Of a stretch of 52,740 nucleotides of DNA, positions 41,586-51,265 are shown piece after piece. The translations under genes were made by a program, and so were the position numbers. A model generated the notes under the pieces. The model searched no databases. It had not been told where the DNA came from and saw nothing but the letters and a program-made list of their open reading frames with translations. Positions within the stretch are counted from its first letter, which is position 1. Each line of letters starts with the position of its first letter. The stretch covers positions 1 to 52,740 of IMG/VR virus record IMGVR_UViG_3300042945_000786; one strand, given 5' to 3'. Source of the stretch: a virus (taxonomy: Duplodnaviria; Caudoviricetes).

Positions 41586-44354
41586 TCACACCTCCTCAAC
41601 CACAGTCAGCATTGCTGACAGGGAACCCGCGAGCGTCGAACTGAGTTTGACCGAGTAGTTGTTCGGGATCAGGTACACGTCGGTGTTGCGGTAGGAACTA
41701 GCCTTCGACGTGTCGATGGTCTGCCCGTTGACAGGCAGAACGTAGAAGTCGTTGCCGCCACCACTAACCGTAACGACAAGATTCGAAGTATCAGGACCGC
41801 TCACAGTATAGCGAGAGTTGACGCCAGTACCGAAGACCTCAAGTTGAGCGCCGTTCGGCCTGTCGAGGGTCGTCCAGCCATTCCCGCTTGTGGCCGTGAG
41901 GGTGTAGCGCGGACCAACAGCGGGATTGATGGCATCGAAGACATAGGCAATCTGTGCCACAGCAGATGTGTTGGTGCTGCACGGAGACACCACAAACGCA
42001 TACTTGCTGGCGATGCTGTTCATGAACTGCATCGTGTTGGCGCCAGAAATCAGCAGACCGGTCAAGGTTCCGAACAGGCGACCGCCGATCACGAAGTAGT
42101 AGCGACCAGCAGAACGGTTATTGTCGTACATAGACACGGACTGCGTCCGAACCGACTGGGACTTCACGGCGGAGTAGACGTTGGCAACTGTACTGTTAAG
42201 CGTAGTGCCCACGGCAATACTTGTGATATTGCCGTCGGAAACAGAGGTTGTAGAGATTGCTTGATACGCCATGTTCAATGCGCTGTTTGCACCGACAGCG
42301 CCGACACAACGCCACAGTCCTGTCGGGTAGAACGTATTTGCAGGCGTGTCCTGCATCAGGACGAAGTTTGGGCGGGCTCCAAAGTGGAAGCTAGAGTTCA
42401 GAGCGGTTGTGTTTATGCTTGTATTGCCAGCGGCGCTCCAAGAACCTCCGTCAAATCTGGCGGCGGCAATGTTTGCGTTGGTCGATGCGTTGACAAACAG
42501 AGCGAGAGCGCGCTCAAGACCAGATGCGTCCGTGTACGACGTCAAGTCCACTGCGACGTGGTAGCTAACGGCCGTAGCCGAAAGCAGCAGGGCACCGGCA
42601 AGGTCAGTCGGCTGGGACACCACATCAATGGCAAGGCCATAGGAGTTGCCACCGACGCTAGCCCAGTACATCCCGTAATAGCTCGCGCCAGTCCCCATCG
42701 AGTCGGTGATGAAAAAGACCTTGCCTGATGGCGCCACATCGACAGACTTGATAGAGTAAAGGAAGGTGTTTGACCCAAGCCCCGGCACCAGATCGTAGAT
42801 GCCAATCTCACTGAGAACAACACCATCATTGCTGAGAGCATAGAGCTTTCCGCCCTGAGCCATGAACCAGCACTGAGCCTTGTGTGACCAAGCGCAACCC
42901 TGACCATAGTTGTGGCCGTAGGGGAGGTAGTTGCCGTAAAGATTTGACACGCCAACAGAGATGGAGGTGTCCATGCCGGTGCGAGCTATGAACTGTGATA
43001 GCTTACCGACAGTGACGCCGCCGTCATCGTGATATGTGTAGAGTGGGCGCGAGTTGAACGGATACCAAAGCGGTAGCGTGACAGTGGTGGTGGTTGCGTC
43101 TGTCGCAGTAACAAGGGGGGTTGCCGTTCCAGCGTTGTCGAAGACGACAATCGCATTGATGGTACCAACGAAGACAGCCCTGTCTGTACCCCAGTTGAAC
43201 GATGTCCTGAGAGACCTCGAGGCAGAACTTGACGGAAGGGTAGCAGTGGTCACGGAGTTCTGAGCCTGCGTCAGGTTCGTCTGGCGAAGGAACCGAAACT
43301 GCTGGGCATTTCCAGTGTCAAAGAAACAAACAACGGCATTCGCCGTGCCATCCGTTGAAAGTGGGCGAGCGGCAACGCCGAGTGTGTTGCTGTTGGTAAC
43401 CGTTACAGCCGACCCCACGGCTGCGAAGGTCGTCGTCGCAGAATCATAGGAAAAGTTCTGCACCGACAGCGTTACGCCAGTGCTGGTATTTGCTGCAACA
43501 ACGTAGGTAGTCGTTGTGCCAACGGCAGTGCCGTTGAGGGGGGCGATTGCAAAGTGGAACGTGGTGTGCGCAAGCGCGGTATTGAACAGCGTAGAGGCGA
43601 CCGTAATGGCTCCGCTGTCAGGAACGTTGAGCGATTGCAGGGACCAGTTGGTACCATTCGAGCCACCAACAACAATCTGCGTCGTGCTCCCGCGAACAAG
43701 TGCAAGATCGAACGCGAATGCGGTGGTGCTATTGAACGACGTGGCGCCAGCAAGGTCAAAGTTGACAACGTTCGCCTGATCAAGTGAGTTGCCGCTGATG
43801 TTGAGGCGAAGGAGCTTGAAGAAGGTGGACGAGCGGTAGGCAATCACAACCTTGGTGGTGGTGACGGCAAGGCCTTTTAGAAGGGACTGACCGGTACCGC
43901 CCATGCCACCCGGCGTTGTCCATACACCAGTCGTCTGTGAATTGAAGACGGCATCAGGCAGAAGCAGGTTGACGATGGGTCCAGCGCGGTACTTCGTGCC
44001 AGTGTACTCAACGATCTGGGTGTGCAGAACCGTACCGCCAAGGTAGTCGTTGCCTCCACCGGCGTGCATGTTCGCCGGGGTCCAGATGAGAAGGACGCGA
44101 TCAGCAGAGAGTTGAATGGAGAATGGATGCGTGTTGCCAGCAGTGGCGGGGTTGGGCCCGGCAAACGTGACAAGCGGACTGCCGAAGTACATCCACTCAT
44201 CAGCGGTCCCGGTGTCCACCGTCCAGACGTTGGGATCGCCAATCCCAGTCGCGTTCACGGCTTTTAGTGTCGCAGAGGCGCCAGTGGTGTTGGTGTACGC
44301 CGATGTAAGGGTCGTGCCTACAGTCGGGACAATGACGGACTTGACGGTTGTCAT
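41586..44354 (-). CDS. Large beta-rich receptor-binding or tail appendage protein (922 aa)
   Basis: Thr/Ser/Asn/Gly-rich, low charge, located in the tail cluster. Confidence 0.75.
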   Translation of the reverse strand: MTTVKSVIVPTVGTTLTSAYTNTTGASATLKAVNATGIGDPNVWTVDTGTADEWMYFGSPLVTFAGPNPATAGNTHPFSIQLSADRVLLIWTPANMHAGGGNDYLGGTVLHTQIVEYTGTKYRAGPIVNLLLPDAVFNSQTTGVWTTPGGMGGTGQSLLKGLAVTTTKVVIAYRSSTFFKLLRLNISGNSLDQANVVNFDLAGATSFNSTTAFAFDLALVRGSTTQIVVGGSNGTNWSLQSLNVPDSGAITVASTLFNTALAHTTFHFAIAPLNGTAVGTTTTYVVAANTSTGVTLSVQNFSYDSATTTFAAVGSAVTVTNSNTLGVAARPLSTDGTANAVVCFFDTGNAQQFRFLRQTNLTQAQNSVTTATLPSSSASRSLRTSFNWGTDRAVFVGTINAIVVFDNAGTATPLVTATDATTTTVTLPLWYPFNSRPLYTYHDDGGVTVGKLSQFIARTGMDTSISVGVSNLYGNYLPYGHNYGQGCAWSHKAQCWFMAQGGKLYALSNDGVVLSEIGIYDLVPGLGSNTFLYSIKSVDVAPSGKVFFITDSMGTGASYYGMYWASVGGNSYGLAIDVVSQPTDLAGALLLSATAVSYHVAVDLTSYTDASGLERALALFVNASTNANIAAARFDGGSWSAAGNTSINTTALNSSFHFGARPNFVLMQDTPANTFYPTGLWRCVGAVGANSALNMAYQAISTTSVSDGNITSIAVGTTLNSTVANVYSAVKSQSVRTQSVSMYDNNRSAGRYYFVIGGRLFGTLTGLLISGANTMQFMNSIASKYAFVVSPCSTNTSAVAQIAYVFDAINPAVGPRYTLTATSGNGWTTLDRPNGAQLEVFGTGVNSRYTVSGPDTSNLVVTVSGGGNDFYVLPVNGQTIDTSKASSYRNTDVYLIPNNYSVKLSSTLAGSLSAMLTVVEEV

Positions 44355-44365
44355 CTTGTAGCTCC

Positions 44366-47008
44366 TTACATCGCTAGGTCGATATACTGCCGGAATGTGT
44401 ACTTATTGTCCACATAGGTCTTGACGGCAAACTCTGTGGGGACTGCGGAGTTCGAGTTTCCGCCCAGCGTCGGGTCAGATGAGAACTCGTTGATGGTCTC
44501 TCCAAGTTGCGCGCCGATAGAGCCGAGGCGCAGCGAGGTGAGACCGGAGAGGTTGAAGGCGTTTGCGTTCAGCGTGGCTGTACCGGTGGCCTGATCGACC
44601 CGGAAGTATTCACCGACACGGAAGTTGCCGTCTTGGTCAGTCGAGACGTAGTAGACACGACCCGGAAGGTCTTCGTTGACCTCATTGCCCTGAGCGGCAG
44701 GCTGAGTCGGCGCGTTCGGGTAGTTGGTGGTAGTAACGCCACCAGTGCCGATGCTCAGGAAGTCATGACCGGTCAGACGAACTTGGCTGTAGTTGTAGCG
44801 GATCGTCAAGGCTGCGTTGTCAGGCGAGCCGGTCAGTTTCTCCTGAGCGAGGGCAATCGCCAGAACGCTCGAGGAGTTGACGTAGGTGCCGCTCACGGAC
44901 TGGATGACGTAGGCCCCAGTATCGCCAGCAATCTGGATGCTCGCACCCGGAAGAGGAGCCGAAGAGAAGCCATCCGCAACGAGCAGGAAGCCCTTCTGCT
45001 GCGACACACCAGCGGGCGCGATGGTCAGCGTGTTCGTGCCGTCGCTGATGACTTCGTTGTTCTGGAACGGAGTGCCGGGCGAGGTGCTGATGTAGTAGAT
45101 TTTCCCAGCGGAAGACTGGAGGTTCGTGACCGTACCGGTGGCTCCAGAGGTCTGGCCGGTGATGGTGCTGCCAGCAGCAAAACCCACAGTGATGGGATCG
45201 GTGGTGACGGTCAGTTGCTCGCCATGCAGAGAGCCAGTATGCGGCGTCTCAGAGGCAAGGAAACCAAATGAGGTAGAACCCCAAGTTCCGTAGGAGTTGT
45301 TGCCGTTCAGTGAGCGGATGATGCCGCCACCAGAAGCGGCGTAGCCGAAGTAGGCATAGTAGGTGAAAACGGAGACGACCTCAGTCCGGGCGCCATCCTT
45401 GGCCCAGATGCCGACGCCATTGTCCATGATGCAGGTATAGTTGCTGAACACGACCGACTTATAGCCGGATGCGTGGACGCTTCCGTCGATCAGTGCGCCG
45501 ATTGCACCAGACCCGAAGGCGGAGCACTCGATGACATAGGGCGACTTCGTCGTGATCGGCGATGCCGAGTTCAGAGCAACATAGATACCCTTGGGCGTAG
45601 ACGTCGTGATGTTTCCGGGGGTAGAACCCGGAACCCATCCAGTCATTCCACTGAACGACATCTTGTGAAGAAGCGATGCGTTCGAGAGGCGCCACATCGT
45701 GGCTTGGTTGTTCGGTGTTATTCCATCAGCCGCCAAGCCAGCGGCGGGCGTGACGAAGGTATTCCGCAGGCTGTCTCCAATGATCGACACACCGGGCGGA
45801 ACAACGATGGGAAGCAGCGCCTCCTGATAGGTGCCGTTCTTGACGTAGATAACAGCAGACTGACCGCCGGGGACAGCAGCAACAGCGTTCTGGATGTTGG
45901 CGAAGGCAAAGCCAATCGTCTTGCCGGTGTTCGCGTTGTTGCCAGTCGGGGTGACGTAGAAGACGTTCGTGGATGCCGTGGTGGGAGACCAGATGACCGA
46001 TGTCCCAGCCGCGTCTACCGTCAGAGCAGAGCCTGCATCCCCGATTCCATAGGACGGGATGACTGCGTCACCTGCCATGAACTGCCACTTGCCAGCCGCG
46101 AGGTCCGTGGAGAAGGTGCCAGAGGTGTGATCGACCAAGCAGATGTAGGAGGAACCAGCGTTCCTGACGATGTCATTGACGAGATAGACGTACGCGGTGA
46201 CCCAAGCACCCGCCCAGCGCACGCCGCTGTTGAAAATCTGCCACTTACCAGCGGCCAGATCGGTGGCAAAGGTTCCAGACGTGTGCCCGACCTGACATGT
46301 GTAGGCGTTGGCGCCGTACTGAACGATGTCGTTCAGATAGTAGACTGTGGCCGTTGCCCAAGCATTGCGGTTCTGGAACGCGGAGACGAACAGGGACCAG
46401 TAGGTCGCATTTGTCGGAAGGTTGCCGGTGGTGTTAGCAATGCAGAGGTACAGGTTCGCGCCGTACGAGACGATATCGTTGGGCTGATACGCAGTCGCGT
46501 TGTTGTACGCACCCTCGGGCGAGATGCCGGTGACGAACTGATCCCAGTAGGTGGCGTTGGTGGGGTCATTGCCGACTGTGGTCTGCTTGGCAATGAATGT
46601 GCTTCCACCGTACTTGACAACGTCATTCGCCTGATAGGTCGTTCCAGCGCTATAGTTGCCTTCCCACTGGATGCCCTCAACGAACTGAGACCAGTCTGCC
46701 GGGAAGAGGTCGGGCTGTTTGTTGAGGTTGTCGGTCAGGGCAATGTAGACAGTCGAACCATAGGCCACGGCATCGCCAATGCGATACTGCGTGGCAGCGC
46801 TCCACGTCCCAAGGAAGTTCAGGCCCTCAACCATCAGCGCCCAGTAGGTGGCGTTTGTCGGTGCGTTCCCGGTCGTTTTTACGACGTTGATGTAGACATA
46901 GGCGTTACCGCCGTACTTCACCACGTCGTTGAGTTCATACTCAGTCGCGGCGCTGTAGTTGCCAGCCCAGTAGAACCGCAGTTTGCCGAGATCAATGACA
47001 GTAGTCAT
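44366..47008 (-). CDS. Tail appendage with six CBM5/12-like repeats and a pectin-lyase-like domain
   Basis: Six ~50-aa W...T.Y..NDxV.YG..Y repeats; YV...G......G.....AF..I..A...IYVKNGTY.E; VPTE.AVKTYVD C-terminus. Confidence 0.85.
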   Translation of the reverse strand: MTTVIDLGKLRFYWAGNYSAATEYELNDVVKYGGNAYVYINVVKTTGNAPTNATYWALMVEGLNFLGTWSAATQYRIGDAVAYGSTVYIALTDNLNKQPDLFPADWSQFVEGIQWEGNYSAGTTYQANDVVKYGGSTFIAKQTTVGNDPTNATYWDQFVTGISPEGAYNNATAYQPNDIVSYGANLYLCIANTTGNLPTNATYWSLFVSAFQNRNAWATATVYYLNDIVQYGANAYTCQVGHTSGTFATDLAAGKWQIFNSGVRWAGAWVTAYVYLVNDIVRNAGSSYICLVDHTSGTFSTDLAAGKWQFMAGDAVIPSYGIGDAGSALTVDAAGTSVIWSPTTASTNVFYVTPTGNNANTGKTIGFAFANIQNAVAAVPGGQSAVIYVKNGTYQEALLPIVVPPGVSIIGDSLRNTFVTPAAGLAADGITPNNQATMWRLSNASLLHKMSFSGMTGWVPGSTPGNITTSTPKGIYVALNSASPITTKSPYVIECSAFGSGAIGALIDGSVHASGYKSVVFSNYTCIMDNGVGIWAKDGARTEVVSVFTYYAYFGYAASGGGIIRSLNGNNSYGTWGSTSFGFLASETPHTGSLHGEQLTVTTDPITVGFAAGSTITGQTSGATGTVTNLQSSAGKIYYISTSPGTPFQNNEVISDGTNTLTIAPAGVSQQKGFLLVADGFSSAPLPGASIQIAGDTGAYVIQSVSGTYVNSSSVLAIALAQEKLTGSPDNAALTIRYNYSQVRLTGHDFLSIGTGGVTTTNYPNAPTQPAAQGNEVNEDLPGRVYYVSTDQDGNFRVGEYFRVDQATGTATLNANAFNLSGLTSLRLGSIGAQLGETINEFSSDPTLGGNSNSAVPTEFAVKTYVDNKYTFRQYIDLAM

Positions 47009-47238
47009 ACGAACACCATCTCCAGATGACCCTTATTGCCCCACCGGAACTGATAAGTGTCAGTTGACCAAACCCAGTTCACATACTCGTTCGGGCCAGT
47101 GATGTAGCCCGTCTGAGGCAGGCTGACCGTAGACCCATCGTTGATGACGTCCACATTGAGATCGCCCGTCGCTTGGATCAGTTTGAAACCGTAGAAGGTT
47201 TTGTCGGCCAGATCGGTGCCGGTATGAAACCCCGCCAT
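47005..47238 (-). CDS. Small structural protein
   Basis: Coupled ORF; FYGF, GHLEM. Confidence 0.7.
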   Translation of the reverse strand: MAGFHTGTDLADKTFYGFKLIQATGDLNVDVINDGSTVSLPQTGYITGPNEYVNWVWSTDTYQFRWGNKGHLEMVFV

Positions 47239-47567
47239 CAGTCGACTCCTTCCAGAACGGACACAACGCAGTCGAAGGACGAGTTCACGGCAGAGATGAC
47301 GCGAAGCCGTTCATTCGCCTCCATGACCAACTTCTTACCACTAACGAAGTCGTTCGTCATCCCTCCATTGATGCGAAGGGCACCAATCAGGCGCACAGAC
47401 GTCGTGTCAGCCTTGATGAGGTTGATGGTGACGGGTAGCTCAGAACCCGTGATGTTCGACAGGTTGAGCCCGATCACGATGGACTTTGTAGCGGCAGGCA
47501 CGGTGTAGACGTCAGAACCGCCGGTGCCGATGTTCTTGGTCGTGTAGTTCTTGAAGGTGTTCGCCAT
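47238..47567 (-). CDS. Small beta-sandwich virion protein
   Basis: MANTFK, YTVP, KLVME....L.V, D..VS.LE pattern. Confidence 0.8.
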   Translation of the reverse strand: MANTFKNYTTKNIGTGGSDVYTVPAATKSIVIGLNLSNITGSELPVTINLIKADTTSVRLIGALRINGGMTNDFVSGKKLVMEANERLRVISAVNSSFDCVVSVLEGVD

Positions 47568-47570
47568 GGA

Positions 47571-47921
47571 TCACCCCAGAGCTATGACGAGGGCCAAGGC
47601 GATGTTCGTCGCCTGTGCCGGTGTGGTGACATCTTGGGCCGCTGCCGTCAGGTAGACAATCGAGCCGCCTCCAAGATTGAGCGGGGAGCCGCCAGTCGAA
47701 CTCTCGATGACCGACCGCGTCATCGTGGGGCCGCTCGAGGAGTAGACGCCGGTCCCGATCTCCCAGTCGTTGCCCGCCTCGATTGTGTAGCGGACCTCAT
47801 CGCCATTGCTGATCCCGCCACTCGCGAAGTTCTGAAAGCCAGTGACCGCCGGTCCAAGGGTGATTGTCCCCGTACCAGTCGTCGCCGTCTCGACCTTCAC
47901 TCTGTTGGCGAGAACAACCAC
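47571..47921 (-). CDS. Tail fibre anchor-like protein
   Basis: LANRVK..T.TTGTGT.TL, WEIG.G, AL.IALG end. Confidence 0.8.
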   Translation of the reverse strand: MVVLANRVKVETATTGTGTITLGPAVTGFQNFASGGISNGDEVRYTIEAGNDWEIGTGVYSSSGPTMTRSVIESSTGGSPLNLGGGSIVYLTAAAQDVTTPAQATNIALALVIALG

Positions 47922-47930
47922 TTCTTCTCC

Positions 47931-48389
47931 TCACGCGATGCGGATGATCGCGTTGCTGGCATCAGCCACCGGGAAGATGATGGTGAACGTGCCGGTCGTG
48001 GAAATCTTGGCGCCGCCAAAGTCGAGCACGCAGACCGATGGGTTGGTCAGAGGACCAGCGACACCGTTCGCCGAGGGCGTGGTGTTGTAGATGAGCGCGC
48101 CATATGCGGTGATCGTCGCGGAGGTGAACGACAGGTCGGCGAAGTCGCAGAACGCTGTCGTGCCAGACGTGGCGGGGTCACCATTCGTCAGCGCGCCACC
48201 ACCAGCAACATAGGTTCCCGTGTTGGGAACTTCGTTCGTCGCGGTGTAGGTAGTCGTCGCGGCTGTGAAGGAGGCGCTGTTGTCGTAGAGCGCCAACTTG
48301 AAGGTGTCTCCGCCATTGCGGAAGTCATGCACGGCAAGCAGAAGCTCCTGCTTGAAGGACGTGCACATGTAGTTCCCGGTGAACGCCAT
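47931..48389 (-). CDS. Virion structural protein
   Basis: CTSFKQELL...HDF, FKLALY, GALIYN, VLDFGG, AIIRIA. Confidence 0.85.
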   Translation of the reverse strand: MAFTGNYMCTSFKQELLLAVHDFRNGGDTFKLALYDNSASFTAATTTYTATNEVPNTGTYVAGGGALTNGDPATSGTTAFCDFADLSFTSATITAYGALIYNTTPSANGVAGPLTNPSVCVLDFGGAKISTTGTFTIIFPVADASNAIIRIA

Positions 48390-48664
48390 CAGATTCTCCT
48401 TAACTGCTCGGCGAGATCGGGGAACCCTGCCTCGCGGACCGTGTTGCTCACAGTGTGACGATCCTCACTGACCGCCATTGTAATGTAATACCGCACGACG
48501 TTCAACATTTGCGCTCGGAACGCGCGGGCCTGCTGCTGAACTTCCGGCGGGGCCGTATCGGAGACGCTGATGATCTTGTCGACGCACATCTCAGCGATGG
48601 TGTCCGGGGAATGTCCGCCATTGGACGACGCGAACACCTTCGCCATGGGGGAGCCAAGCATCAT
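48389..48664 (-). CDS. Hypothetical protein
   Basis: Coupled ORF; KII.VSD.APP...QA.AF. Confidence 0.75.
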   Translation of the reverse strand: MMLGSPMAKVFASSNGGHSPDTIAEMCVDKIISVSDTAPPEVQQQARAFRAQMLNVVRYYITMAVSEDRHTVSNTVREAGFPDLAEQLRRI

Positions 48665-49572
48665 GACGGGCTCCCAACCTTGTAGGTTCCGTCACGGTAG
48701 TCATCGCGCTTGGACCTGATGTCGATGCCGAAGAGGTTGGACATCGCCTCGTTGTACCGAGTTGTGTACAATTGCAGGATGTCGGCGTCGCCCTTCAGGT
48801 AGGTGTAGGCCTCGATAAGGCACCCGTAGAGCAGCACCGTCTCCGCGTTCTCACCGAACCAAGACGTGCCGTCAGCGTTGAGTACGGCGTTAACAGGTAC
48901 CGAGAAGAGCGAACCGCCGCCAAGCGTAACGTTGCTGGCCGCTAGCACGTCTCCAGCGACGTAGAGGGCTCCGGGATCGGAGATCGTCACGGCGGTCACG
49001 CTGCCACCAGAAACGGTGATGTTGGCGCGAGCGCCCGTCCCAGAGCCTCCTGTGAGGGGGATATCCCAGTACCGCCCGTTGACGTAGCCGCTACCACCAG
49101 CAATGGCCCCAAGGCCAGAGATGGAAGACTGCACAATCGACGGCGGGTCATAGTAGTAGTGAAGCTCAACCGTGAAGCCGTCACTGGGAGTGGGGGCGAG
49201 GATGAAGTTGCCCTGAGCAGACACAAGGCCATCCCCATCGAACTGGGCGTAGTACTTTGGCACACCGGCGGAGGACTGCTGCGGGTAGGCCTCACGGAGG
49301 AAGTTCACGTCCTTGTCGATGAGGTAGTTGTAGGAGTTGCTGGCGTCGATGACAGCAAGCGAGAAGACGGACAGGAAGTCCGTGGGGCGCTGGAGGTAGG
49401 GGTTGTTAGGTGTGAGGGTCGTCGTAGCGTTGCGGCGCAACTCAGGGATCATCACGGAACGGACGATCCGCTCCTCCGCCTGCCTGATGAAGCGGGGGAT
49501 GTTCTCGACGAAGGACGTCTCGAAGCTCTCCGTGTAGTTCTTGATCGCGTCCGCAAGCTCGATGTAGTTCAT
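48661..49572 (-). CDS. Head-tail adaptor-like protein with inserted GGSGY domain
   Basis: FI.QAE.RI, P.DFL, G.PKYYA, APTP, LLYG.L.EAY.YLKG. Confidence 0.7.
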   Translation of the reverse strand: MNYIELADAIKNYTESFETSFVENIPRFIRQAEERIVRSVMIPELRRNATTTLTPNNPYLQRPTDFLSVFSLAVIDASNSYNYLIDKDVNFLREAYPQQSSAGVPKYYAQFDGDGLVSAQGNFILAPTPSDGFTVELHYYYDPPSIVQSSISGLGAIAGGSGYVNGRYWDIPLTGGSGTGARANITVSGGSVTAVTISDPGALYVAGDVLAASNVTLGGGSLFSVPVNAVLNADGTSWFGENAETVLLYGCLIEAYTYLKGDADILQLYTTRYNEAMSNLFGIDIRSKRDDYRDGTYKVGSPS

Positions 49573-49585
49573 TTGAACTTCTACC

Positions 49586-49906
49586 TCACGATGTGGTCAC
49601 GGTGACTGTGCCAACGGAAGCAGTCATCTGCTGCACGGGGTTCCAGACTGGGTTCCAGCCCCAGATGGCGTTGGCCTCTGCCTGACTGGTGTCGGGGCGG
49701 GGGTCGCGCAGGGACTGCGGGTCGTTGATCTTTACGCGGCCAAGGAAGTTCTGCGGCTGATCGGGGTCGGCGACGTCCTTCCCCACACGGAAGCCGGTCT
49801 TGGTGCCGTTGTTGTACTCCCAGACAAGCTCGTTCAGGGGGTAGCGGAACCCCGTCTTGTCGCAGAAGCCGAATGCCTTTGATCCTCGAGCGTAGGCGGG
49901 CATCAC
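49586..49906 (-). CDS. Hypothetical virion-cluster protein
   Basis: GFCD.TGFRY, DPQSL.DPRPD. Confidence 0.75.
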   Translation of the reverse strand: MMPAYARGSKAFGFCDKTGFRYPLNELVWEYNNGTKTGFRVGKDVADPDQPQNFLGRVKINDPQSLRDPRPDTSQAEANAIWGWNPVWNPVQQMTASVGTVTVTTS

Positions 49907-50577
49907 ACACCGAACGTGTAGAAGGGGGCGAACTGGACGGAGGCGCGCTCTTGATCCTCACCGGAGGCAAGGGCGAACTGGTCCTCGTATATCTGGCGCA
50001 GCGGCTCAACACGCATCGCTGCATCGGGCTTCTTCATAGCGACGTGGTAGGCAAGCCCGGCCACGAGGGCTGGCACAAAGCGGGGCGGGATCGAGGCGGA
50101 GCCACTGATGCCAGACGAGAGACCGTCAATGCCCTTCAGCCGGTAGTAGACCAGCGTGTAGGGCGTGGTGTTGTCAGGCACAGGCCAGAGCGTGACCTTC
50201 GTCTCCGTAGCTAGACGCTGGACGTAGATTTGAGTGGGCCTGCCTTGGGTGTTCTTGTTGGTCTGCTGTGCGTAAGTAGATACGCTGATGCGCTCGAGGG
50301 CTGTGTCGATCTGGGAGGTTCCACTTCCGGTGCGTAGTTGGTGCTCGATGATGTCGATGGTATTGGCCGGAAGAGTATAGGTGTGGGTTCCTGCGGTGAG
50401 AGCCTGCGTACCAGCCTCGATAGTGAAGAGATTAAGCCCACGGTTCTGCCACTCCAGCGTGAGGATGTTGAGGCTGCGACGGATTGTCTTCAGGTCATAG
50501 CCAGAGCGCATCTCAAGGCCTGCGCGCTCGTAGGCCTCCTCGAAGAGTTCTGACAGGTCAGGAACGACGACTGGCAT
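49903..50577 (-). CDS. Head-tail adaptor / tail tubular A-like protein
   Basis: EEAYER.G, RRSLN....W.NRG.NL, GRP.Q, LWPVP, GLAY. Confidence 0.75.
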   Translation of the reverse strand: MPVVVPDLSELFEEAYERAGLEMRSGYDLKTIRRSLNILTLEWQNRGLNLFTIEAGTQALTAGTHTYTLPANTIDIIEHQLRTGSGTSQIDTALERISVSTYAQQTNKNTQGRPTQIYVQRLATETKVTLWPVPDNTTPYTLVYYRLKGIDGLSSGISGSASIPPRFVPALVAGLAYHVAMKKPDAAMRVEPLRQIYEDQFALASGEDQERASVQFAPFYTFGV

Positions 50578-50837
50578 TACTTGGTGCTCCTGTGTCTCGC
50601 TGTCTTCTTGGCGACGCTCTTCGGTTGTGCCACGAACTGCTTGCCTTTGCGAGTGCCTTCACGCTTCGCCTTGGTGGTTGCAGCGTACTCAGCGGGGGAC
50701 AGGGACTTGATGGCGCTCTCCGGCAGGTAGCGTTCCCCAGTGGCCCCTGAGCCCTGCGTAGATGGCTTACCAGACTTGGTCCGCCACTTCTGCTTGGTCC
50801 ATGCCTTGAGGCTCTGCTGCGGTCCCTTGAGCGGCAT
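50577..50837 (-). CDS. Small basic protein (DUF5872-like, C-terminal half)
   Basis: Q.SL..WT.Q.W.T, RYLP, AT...KR.G...GKQFV. Confidence 0.75.
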   Translation of the reverse strand: MPLKGPQQSLKAWTKQKWRTKSGKPSTQGSGATGERYLPESAIKSLSPAEYAATTKAKREGTRKGKQFVAQPKSVAKKTARHRSTK

Positions 50838-51019
50838 CAGTCCCTATAGCCCCCACCCTTGGCCTTGTATTGCTGTGCCAGCATCTGCGCCTTCCTCGCG
50901 CTCCACTGACCCGGCTTCCCACCCTTGCCGCCCGACTTGATGCTCTCGAACAGAGCCTTCCTCATGGAAGGCTTCGTGTAGTTCCCAGCCTCATTGACGC
51001 GCGACTTGGGCTTCTTCAT
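50837..51019 (-). CDS. Small basic protein (DUF5872-like, N-terminal half)
   Basis: YTKP..R, GGKPGQWSARKAQ, GGGY. Confidence 0.8.
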   Translation of the reverse strand: MKKPKSRVNEAGNYTKPSMRKALFESIKSGGKGGKPGQWSARKAQMLAQQYKAKGGGYRD

Positions 51020-51255
51020 CAGACCACACGCCCCTTGGTGTGACCCTTCATGCAGGCCCCATCACCGCGAGTAACCTTGCCGCCCATGGCCATCTTCTTG
51101 ACTTTACCACCGTAGCGCATGGCCTTGGCATCGCCGGTGACGTCGCCGACTTCCATGCCGCGCTCTTGAGCGGTCTTGTCTTTCTTCTTCATCAGGTTGC
51201 GGAGGGCCAGCGCGCCGATGCCGCCAGCAACGAGAGGGAGGATAGGGATTGCCAT
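51019..51255 (-). CDS. Small basic protein
   Basis: MRYGGKV, MAMGGKV, RGDG...KG.TKG. Confidence 0.75.
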   Translation of the reverse strand: MAIPILPLVAGGIGALALRNLMKKKDKTAQERGMEVGDVTGDAKAMRYGGKVKKMAMGGKVTRGDGACMKGHTKGRVV

Positions 51256-51265
51256 GTCCGATCTC

